In this document: positions 54,948 to 64,000 of the stretch, piece by piece | Position numbering within the stretch: position 1 is the stretch's first letter | How the letters are laid out: the number at the start of each line of letters is the position of its first letter | Source of the DNA: Octopus sinensis | Taxonomy: Eukaryota | DNA length: 64,000 nucleotides | Assembly (NCBI RefSeq): GCF_006345805.1 | Contig: NC_042999.1 | Location: 18,910,001-18,974,000, forward strand | Reading direction: 5' to 3' | Program-made: the position numbers and the translations under genes | Notes under the pieces: model-generated | Seen by the model: the letters and a program-made list of their open reading frames with translations, nothing else | Told to the model about the DNA's origin: nothing | Databases searched by the model: none

Positions 54948-55691
54948 GAAATGGAAGATCCATCTTTCGTCACCAATCACAGGTCTATCCAAAAAGGGTC
55001 AAATGTGTTCGCGAGGATGGAGAGAAGAGCAGATGTCAACTCGGTATTTGCGGTTGCTTTCGGATGATTCATGAAACACCCATTTTCCAAGTTTAGGAAC
55101 ATTTCCAAGTTGTCGAAGATGACGATGAACAGTTGCATGGTTTGAACTAATCTTTATTGCCAATTCTTCAACTTATAATGCTGGACTTTCTTCAAGTAAT
55201 GCCTCTAGGAGCTGATCATCAAACTCAACAGCATGTCCTGTCGGATCTTTATTTTCAAGGCTGAAATCTCCACTTCTGAATGTTGCAATCTATCTTCTGC
55301 AAGCATTCAAGCATTCTTTCCCGTAAACTGAATGTATGTTTCGAGTAGCTTCGGCTGCAAGGTTTCCTTTTTTGCACTCATAAAGCAGTATGTACCTCAA
55401 ATGCTCTTTGAATACTTCCATGTTAGAAAGGGTTTTAATCGGAGAAATTTTAATTCTATTATACCTGTAAAATAATATTTAATTAGCTTAAATGTACAGA
55501 AATGCATAAAAATAATTCTGAATTCCATTAGACATTCTAAAATACTATCAAATTTCAATCAATAATCAAAATTTGAAATCAGAAAGAACTTATGCTCCTG
55601 AGTGTGCATACATGTGTTAAAGTGGGTTTTTTTTGCTTTAAAAGAAATATTTGAAACTGAAAATATAGTACACAATACTTTCTGCCTAATA
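54948..55691 (-). mobile_element. mariner transposon 5' remnant (transposase pseudogene 55421-54948)
   Basis: MEVFKEHLRYILLYECKKGNLAAEATRNIHSVYG...FRSGDFSLE...LGKWVFHESS (WVPHEL motif)...PFLDRPVIGDERW (first catalytic D), with three in-frame stops. Possible worn TIR TATTAGG... at 55691-55666. Confidence 0.92.
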
Positions 55692-55821
55692 CGTATTTGT
55701 TATTTTACAAAACCAGGGGTGACTCTCAATTTTCGACCTTTGAGGTGATGTCTGACATTCCTACGAAACAAAGGGTTACAGACCGAAATTTCGAAGTCAT
55801 TGTCACCTGTCTCCTTTTAGC

Positions 55822-55869
55822 TATATATATGCGTATATATATATGTGTGTGAGTATATATATACGTATG

Positions 55870-55913
<44 letters not shown>

Positions 55914-56340
55914 ATATATATATATGTGTGTGAGTATATATATACGTATGTATTTATATATATATATATATTGTATATATATATATATATGTACGTATAT
56001 ATTATATGTATGTATATATATGTATATATATATGTATATATATATGTATGTATATATATATATGTATATATATATGTACGTATATATATGTATTATATAT
56101 ATGTATATATATATATGTACGTATATATATATGTAGTATATATATGTACGTATATATATGTATGTATATATATATGTATGTATATATATATATGTACGTA
56201 TATATATATGTACGTATATATATATATGTACGTATATATATATGTATGTATATATATATATATGTACGTATATATATATATGTATGTATGTATGTATATA
56301 TATATATGTATATATATATATATGTGTATATATATATATG

Positions 56341-56385
<45 letters not shown>
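55822..56385. repeat. Compound (TA)n/(TATG)n/(TACG) microsatellite with internal duplications
   Basis: Direct reading; source of the 244-aa YI-rich ORF. Confidence 0.96.
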
Positions 56386-56388
<3 letters not shown>

Positions 56389-56477
56389 GGGAGAGTTTAC
56401 GAAAAATCAAAAGACGAACACAGGTGGTGTACAAAACAAACAGATGTATTAGTATAACGCTCAGCAATAGAAAAAGT

Positions 56478-56513
56478 CTTTTACGTTTCGAGCCTACGCT
56501 CTTCTACAGAAAG
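56478..56513 (-). ncRNA. Minimal hammerhead-like motif, variant core CUGUAGA
   Basis: Minus strand: CTTT-CTGTAGA-A-GAGC-gtag-GCTC-GAAAC-GTA-AAAG; stems I and II intact. Degraded relative at ~59075-59100. Confidence 0.45.
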
Positions 56514-56711
56514 GGACTCAGAAAAAACAAAGAGAGAAACAAGAAGCGAAAAAAATATGTGGAGTGGCTAACGATCTAACATGGTGGTATGTACGTATGT
56601 TAGCGTGAATAACATGTCTATAAATATATATATCCATTTATATATATGTTTATATGTTTAGATATGTATCTATTTGCATATACATACATATTTATACACA
56701 CACATATGCAT

Positions 56712-56774
56712 ACATAAATACATACATACATACATACATACATACATACATAGATACATACATACATACATACA

Positions 56775-56805
<31 letters not shown>
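56712..56805. repeat. (CATA)n microsatellite
   Basis: Direct reading. Confidence 0.95.
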
Positions 56806-58046
56806 CATCAATAAATCACAGTTTTGTCTGTTGGCAACATGCCGTTCTGAATGCTTCAAGAAATGAAGGAGGATTATGGAAATAGCCAACTGGACAGAAG
56901 AGGAATGTAATACCGCAGGAATGTTTTTGGTTTATCAAGGCATGGGAGAGGAAGAATGATTCTTGATTTGTTTTTGTTTACTGGCGAAAGATATTTTGCG
57001 ATGATATATATTTCTGAAATTCTGATCCTATTAGATGGGAGTGATTTCACCATTTATCGATGAAGCCTAAGGGAAAATGTATCTACAGATAATCTTGATT
57101 TCAAAGGGAATGATTTCAATATAAGGAATATGTATATCGAAATATGTCAGTAATTCAACTATAATATCATGTACAACGTCGGAATGTATGTATGCATGCA
57201 ATTATATATATATATGTATGTATGAATGTTTGTATGTATGTATGTATGTATGTGGGTGTATAGATTCGTCTGCTTGTAAACTATGAGTGAGAGATTCGTA
57301 AAATATTTATGGAAAGTAGTTTCATTTTAAATGCTACAGCTGTTTAAGTAAGTGAAATGTAATCATATTCATTTATATACATAACTATTACAGAGACGTA
57401 AATAATAAATAACAAATAAATAAATAGTTAATGAACTTAAATGTAGTTAGTAGACGTCAAGATGTGAAATTAAATATAATCCTATACTAAATTCTTTAGT
57501 CAAAAATTTTGTTTATTAATAATTATCTAAGTTCTTTCGTGTCGGTGACTTTCTTAGTAAGTTGCATGGATGTTTGGGTGGATAGCTATATAGATGGAGT
57601 TATTGATTTGTAAGATAGTTAAGTATGTAGATAGATAAATGGATAAATAAATATGTGTATATATAAATGTATTGATAACCAGGGGGACAGTTACATTAAT
57701 ATAGATATAGTTTGATTGACAGCTGGACAGATTGATGGATGCAGATGTAGATCGACTTGAACACATGTACTTTATATATATATAATATATATATATATAT
57801 ATTATATATATATATATATATATATTCACATATGCATATCTATGCATGTATGTATACTTATGCATACATACCTATATACCTAGATGAAACAGAGGCGGCT
57901 GAAGAAGGGCAATTTTCCTTGTATTGTATGTCTTGTACTCTATTTATTCGTTATTTAAGAAAAATGTCCATTTCCTTGGTTTTGTGTTTATGTTTTCGTT
58001 TCTCATTGTGTTCGACATTTTTTTGATGTCCTGTACCCATATATGC

Positions 58047-58085
<39 letters not shown>

Positions 58086-58185
58086 GGTACTACATATATG
58101 TATGTATATATGCATATGTTTTAATTAATAATTTGTTATATATATATATATATATATATATACACGTGTGTATACATATATATCA

Positions 58186-58501
58186 TTCTTTTGTTTGTTG
58201 CAGTCGTTTGACTGCGGCCATGCTGGAGCCCTGCCTTTAGTCGAGCAAATCCTGCCTAGAACTTATTCTTTGTAAGCCTAGTACTTATTATATCGCTCTC
58301 TTTTGCCGACCCGCTAAGTTACGGGGACGTAAGCACATCAGCATCGTTGCTATGCGATGTTGGGTGGACAAGCAAACATTTCTGAGTGAACTGGAGCAAT
58401 GGGAAATAAAGTGACTTGCATCACGCAGCACGGTCCGGGAATCGAACTAACAGCCTCACGATCGTAAGCTCGTCGCTCTAACCACTGAGCTATGCGCCTT
58501 C
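58186..58501 (-). mobile_element. Adjacent SINE A 3' fragment (58186-58378) and SINE D 5' fragment (58379-58501)
   Basis: Reverse-complement matches to the respective families. Confidence 0.8.
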
Positions 58502-59597
58502 ACAGTGTTTGTAGTCTGTAATATAGTCTGTAATGAGCCATTACAGACTACATATTCATGGTGGTACATTTATGAACATGCTCGAGGGATCAGAATGGGG
58601 AATGGACGTAGAGGAGAATATAAAATGAGGAAAAGGGAGAGAGAGAGTAAGGGGGGAAGTAAAATAAAAAACAGAAGGAATATATCTAAGGATTTTGATA
58701 ACTAATAGTAGGAAAGATGATGTATTAAGCCATTATTTAATGTTATTAAATTATCGTAACTAACATTTATGTTTTGTCTGATTAGAACTATTTCAAATAT
58801 GTTTGAGGCAGACAATAAATTAGTAATAACAAAAGTGAAAAGGAGGAGAAAAGAGCACACAAACACACATATATATGTATGTATATATATTATATACAAG
58901 TGTATATACATTTCTACATACATGCATACATATCCAGCACGTAGATGTATTCACATATGCATACAAATACAAATATGATACTCATACGTACATACAAACA
59001 TAGAAGACGAAGACAGGTGTATGGACTACAAGTAGGTGTATTAGTTTGAGGCTCGGGAAAGTGAGATAGTATTTTACATTTCGAGCCTACGCTCTGCAAG
59101 TGAGAAGACTACGGGAAAATGAACAGACTGAATGAAAATAGTACTTGTGGATTTAGCGATCAAGCATGGCACAAACACACTCACACATACACACATACTC
59201 ACACACACATATATATGTATGTTTGTGTGTGTGTGTATATATATATGAGTAAATGTAAGGACAAGCAAGTTACATACAATTCGATATACAAAAATTCATA
59301 CATTTAATAGAAAAAATGTCTGTCTCTCTCTCTCTCTCTCTGTATATATATATATATATATATATGCAGCACGGACTTTGTCAGTGAACAGGTCGCGGAT
59401 TTTAGCGACGAAAATATTTTGACAAATTAAACTTATATGTTGAAGTGGATCGAACGGCTTTTGTGTGTTTCTTAAATGGCTTATAAACACCTTCCACGCT
59501 GCAATTGTTTTCGTTTCAGCACACGATCTCAGATCAAATTACTTGCTATGCGAGTACATCTTCGTAATATATATATATATATATATGTATGTATAAC

Positions 59598-60383
59598 AAA
59601 ACCGCGTTCCAGTGGTATGAGTTTTGTCAAGAAGTATGTTCGGGAAAGATGCTTCGAGACAAAGTTCCGCTCGGTGGTCCGAGTCATGAATTAGAAATAG
59701 ATGTGAGTTTGCTCTTCAGAAGGAAGGGTAACGGATAGGCCATCAAACGTGGGTTTTCGGGTGTTATGACACCACAGTGAAGAAAGAATTTTTGCAGCGA
59801 GTATCCGACAGAAGCACAGCAACACTGAAATCTCAGATATTGGAAAATGTGTTGCCCGGTACTGCAATCCATAACGACAAATGGGCCAGCTATAGAAATT
59901 TATAGCAAGTTGGTTACATTCGCCGAACAGTAAGCCATTCGCAGAATTTCGTGGACCCTGAAACCGGCGCTTGCACAAACCACATTGAGGCCTATTGGTC
60001 CCGAATCAAAAGACGGTTAAAGTATGTTACTGGATCATCAGGAGATATGATATGGTCACTGTCGACAAATCTATTTATCGAGAAATGTATGAATTTACTA
60101 CGGCTAAGAAAATTTCTATACACTACGGCTAAGAGAATTTCTATACACTTCTTAAACACATTGCCGAAGTATATCCCCACCCCCTAAACTCCACCGGCGC
60201 ACATGTCGGAGGTTTCCGTTGAGAAAAAAAATTAATGGACACTTCAATTTCACTTTGTCGCAATATTTCTTTGCTATTTTTACTTTTCCTTTTTCAAAAG
60301 AGTTTGCTGTTATTTCTACACTGGTATTTTTTGTAACTTTCAAAAATGAATAAAAATTACAAAAATAAACACTTTAGTTTCCC
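59598..60383 (+). mobile_element. Merlin (IS1016/ISXO2-like) DNA transposon remnant; transposase pseudogene ~59598-60090
   Basis: LGGPSHELEIDVSLLFRRK / WVFG / VSDRSTATLK / VLPGTAIHNDKW / TVSHSQNFVDPETGACTNHIEAYW, with frameshifts and stops. 25-bp tandem duplication at 60097-60146. A possible terminus ...AGTTTCCC at 60383 is tentative. Confidence 0.88.
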
Positions 60384-61149
60384 TTTGTCATACTACTGCG
60401 TGAAATTACTCTGAATGTAATCTTTGCTGAGTGTTGAGTAGATTGATTAGGTATTTCTTTCATTCTGTTATTGTAGTTTTATGAGACTTGACTGTTATTT
60501 CTAGGATGTGGATAGCCTGCTTGAAAGCCAAGGCCGTAGAATCGGGAGATGCGTAGCCTGTTTGAATGCCAAGGCTATATAATCGGGAGGGAAATGAGTT
60601 GGCTTTTTTTTTTTTGAAAAATTAAGATTTACAAACAATTATTATTATTTTTTTATTATTTTTTTTTTTAGAATCATAATCTCCGTATTTTTCTACGTAT
60701 TTCGCAAAAGAAAAAAGAAAGAAAATCCGGAAAAAGTGAAAAAGGAAGGAATATGAGGTGGAGAATTGGAATTTTAAAGTTGCGATTTAATTTTTTTTTT
60801 TTTTTAGAATCGGAATATTCATATCCAGAAATGTGGGGTTCCTTAAAATAACATAAAATTTAGGGGCGGGAGGGTTCGATTCCGTTTACATCTCCGCCAT
60901 GTGCACCCTCGACGCAGCCATGTACGAACGTAAACGAGATGAGAGATCAAAATTCTATGTGATATCAAAGTCATATGATTTAGTTGAGGTAACACTTGTA
61001 TGAAACATAATTCAAGTAAATAAAACACTTGTTGAAAATCTTCCGTAGGTGGACAGATTGCTTAATATTTTCATAACGTTCAAAATGTAAATCTAAGAGG
61101 CAATTATATATAATTATAAGAGTAGCAACAACAACACAACCACCACCAA

Positions 61150-61174
61150 CATAATAATAATTATTATTATTGCA

Positions 61175-61218
<44 letters not shown>

Positions 61219-61363
61219 GATAATAATGATGATGATGATAATATTGATGATGATGATGATGATAATAATAATAAATGTGATGATGATAATAATAATAATA
61301 ATGATGATGATGATAATAATAAAAATGATAATAACAATAATAATAATAATAATAATAATAATG

Positions 61364-61397
<34 letters not shown>

Positions 61398-61545
61398 TAA
61401 TAATAATAATAATAATAATAATAAGAGTAACAATAATAGTAATAATAATACCAACAACAACAACAACAATAATAATAATAATAAGGATGATGATAATGAT
61501 AATAAAATGTGATCTTGGTTATTAATGATGATGATGACGACGACT
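61150..61545. repeat. Compound (TAT)n/(AAT)n/(GAT)n trinucleotide microsatellite
   Basis: Direct reading; source of the poly-I/M and poly-L ORFs. Confidence 0.96.
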
Positions 61546-61682
61546 AAAAATTAGGGGGGGAAATTGAAGAATAAACAAAGGCAGCTGCGACGACAATAAA
61601 ACATGGTTTGCGTATTTCTATAGGCTACAATTTCGAAAGAGATGAATTACTACCATGTCACCTGAAGTAAGAAAAGAACAGA

Positions 61683-61993
61683 ATGGACAGTAATATCAAC
61701 TACACCTGCTCTTGGTGATCTGTGGCATCAGCATGGTAATGAACATGTAGGCACGTACGAAGCATACTTCGAACTGTTGCGAGCGAAGAAAATAGTAGGA
61801 GATTATGCGAGAACACACACACACACACAGGCACATACGCACGCACGCACACACACACAGACACACACACAGCCGTTCAAGAATCTGGACCTGGAGAAAT
61901 CCATTTCCAGCGACTTGGAGGGCCACCTCCCAGTGGTGTCGGGCGTCAACGATGAGCCCTCGACTACAAGACGACCAAAGTTTTTTTTCCAAG
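61683..61993 (+). other. GC3-biased, possibly coding two-exon segment (unidentified)
   Basis: 25 of the 30 codons from 61873 end in G/C; a GT-AG-compatible spacer lies at 61736-61872. The upstream segment needs a 1-nt correction. Confidence 0.3.
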
Positions 61994-62399
61994 GTCTGGG
62001 GTCTCCCGCCCCTAAGCCCTAGACCATCGCCTAATCGCCCTTATCCGTCTTGTTGCTTAACAACAACACACACATATATGGATACACGCAGGATTGTACC
62101 TAAGGATTCATGCTCTGGTTTCTATAACTTCTGGAAACTGAACTATGCTTCTTTTTCCTTCTTTCTTTTCATCTCCTTATCCCTTTACTGCCTTTCTCTA
62201 TGTTACCAGCTTATTAATATAAGCCATTCTCATTTTCCATTTTCTTTCCCGCTATTTGTCTCTGATAACGGAATATCCCTTACTAGGGGATATCCCACAA
62301 ACAGCTGTAAGATTTTGAATTACTTCCTATAATAATATTGTATATGGCTTGCAACGTTTACCTTGCCTTATGTTTGCTGTCCTATTTAACAATTATATA

Positions 62400-62432
<33 letters not shown>

Positions 62433-62709
62433 AACGGTAAACTTCGCCCTTTTCAAGCCTAGACAGGCTCATGGGCCCGTTTCCCGGTTTCTGTGGCGTA
62501 TATGTTCCTCCCAGTCAATTGCAGCGTTACTCAAGAAACAGGAAGAGAGAGTGAGAGAAAGTTGTGGCGAAAGAGTACAACAGATCACAACCACCCCTTA
62601 CCGTAGCCTCGTGCACCTTTCTGGTATTTTACTCAATAACACAGGAAACGCCCGGTCTGGGAATCGAAACCGCGAGTCCGCTGCCCTAGCCACTGAGCCA
62701 ATGCGCCTC
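62433..62709 (-). mobile_element. SINE family C head with alternative tail
   Basis: Reverse complement of GAGGCGCATTGGCTCAGTGGCTAGGGCAGCGGACTCGCGG; tail related to 16114-16363 and 27517-27820. Confidence 0.8.
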
Positions 62710-62712
62710 ACA

Positions 62713-62743
<31 letters not shown>

Positions 62744-62780
62744 CCACACACACACACACACACATACACACACATATATA

Positions 62781-62833
<53 letters not shown>

Positions 62834-62837
<4 letters not shown>

Positions 62838-63626
62838 AACGAGAAAGAAGTAACAAGAATGGATTGGTTTTTAGTACAATTGTTTCATACAAAGACAGGC
62901 TTTATTACAAGTTGCAAACATTGCAGCAGATAAAAGTGTCCCGTACTCATCAGCTAAAATACATTTGAGTTCTCTAGACATCTTAGTTGGTGAGGATATA
63001 CTCATGAGATATTGGAGATATTTCCATTAGAGGCAGATATAGGTTGTAAACAGTTTTCCAAAGTTCCTTAATGATGATGCACAGTCTTATCACAGATTTT
63101 TAAAAAACTTATTAGTTTCGAAGAGAAGATGAATCAATCCATAGTGTAGATTTAAATTTCCAGAGATATGAAGAGGATGATGCACAGACTTATCACAGGT
63201 TTTTAAAGACTTATTAGCTTCACAGAAAAGGTGAATTAATCCATAGTGAAGATTTACATTTCCAGTGATAAGATGAGGGATTTCATACTCACATCTCTGG
63301 AAATTTAAATCTACACTATGGATTGATTCATCTTCTCTTCGAAACTAATAAGTTTTTTGAAAATCTGTGATAAGACTGTGCATCATCATTAAGGAACTTT
63401 GGAACACTGTTTACAACCTATATCTGCCTCTAATGGAAATATCTCCAATATCTCATGAGTATAACCTCACCCACTAAGATGTCTAGAGAACTCAAATGTA
63501 TTTTAGCTGATGAGTACGGGACACTTTTATCTGCTGCAACTTTTGCAACTTGTAATAAAGCCTGTCTTTGTATGAAACAATTGTACTAAAAACCAATCCA
63601 TTCTTGTTGCTTCTTTCTCGTTTATA
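62834..63626. repeat. Long inverted repeat (~335-bp arms, ~120-bp spacer)
   Basis: 62834-63170 is inverted at ~63292-63626; the spacer is a diverged ~103-bp tandem copy of the inner end of the left arm. Confidence 0.9.
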
Positions 63627-64000
63627 ATCACCCCACATAACTGTATGGATAACACCATAGAGTTTTTCTGGTGCATCTAAGTTAAGTACCACATTCAAGT
63701 AAATTCATTGGAAGTTACTTGAATCTTAATTGCTTTGATTATATATATATATATATATATATACAAACAGACACACACACACATACACACACATTGTACA
63801 TAATATGGGCTGAGAAATTGCGCTATCATAGAAAACAGTAAAAGGAGGCAAGAATCCTTTGCATCAAATTATTTGTTGCCATATAACATTTGCATATTTT
63901 GAAAATATTGCAGAAATAAATAATACTAGCGCCGTGTAATATACAAAACTTGATGCAAACGGAAACAACCTATTTCCTCAACAACGAAAAATAAATAACG

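Noticed and set aside
61215-61525. Poly-Leu and poly-Ile/Met ORFs resembling signal or TM proteins
   Set aside because: Translation of trinucleotide microsatellites.

Overview
AT-rich eukaryotic, repeat-dominated non-coding DNA, most likely from an octopus (cephalopod) genome, judged from the tRNA-headed SINE families and the very dense (TA)n/(TG)n/(TATG)n microsatellites. No intact protein-coding gene, rRNA, genuine tRNA or CRISPR array is supported, and almost all ORFs in the supplied track are translations of microsatellites or SINEs. The window contains roughly 30 SINE copies from about four modular families. It also holds a decayed mariner transposase, a decayed Merlin (IS1016-like) transposase, an RTE LINE 3' end, older RT remnants, a TA-flanked MITE and several Penelope-like (PLE) terminal-repeat relics. 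Main observations: (1) at least five minimal type I hammerhead-ribozyme motifs in PLE-like relics, one with a fully canonical core and several with a shared U4C core variant. (2) Recurrent fold-back (inverted) duplications that abut (TA)n tracts, one of which starts almost exactly at the predicted hammerhead cleavage site of its family. (3) A trimeric SINE inserted as one unit with a 16-bp TSD. (4) A small GC3-biased island near 61.7-62.0 kb that may be coding. All calls were made by eye, boundaries are approximate, and family names need database confirmation.
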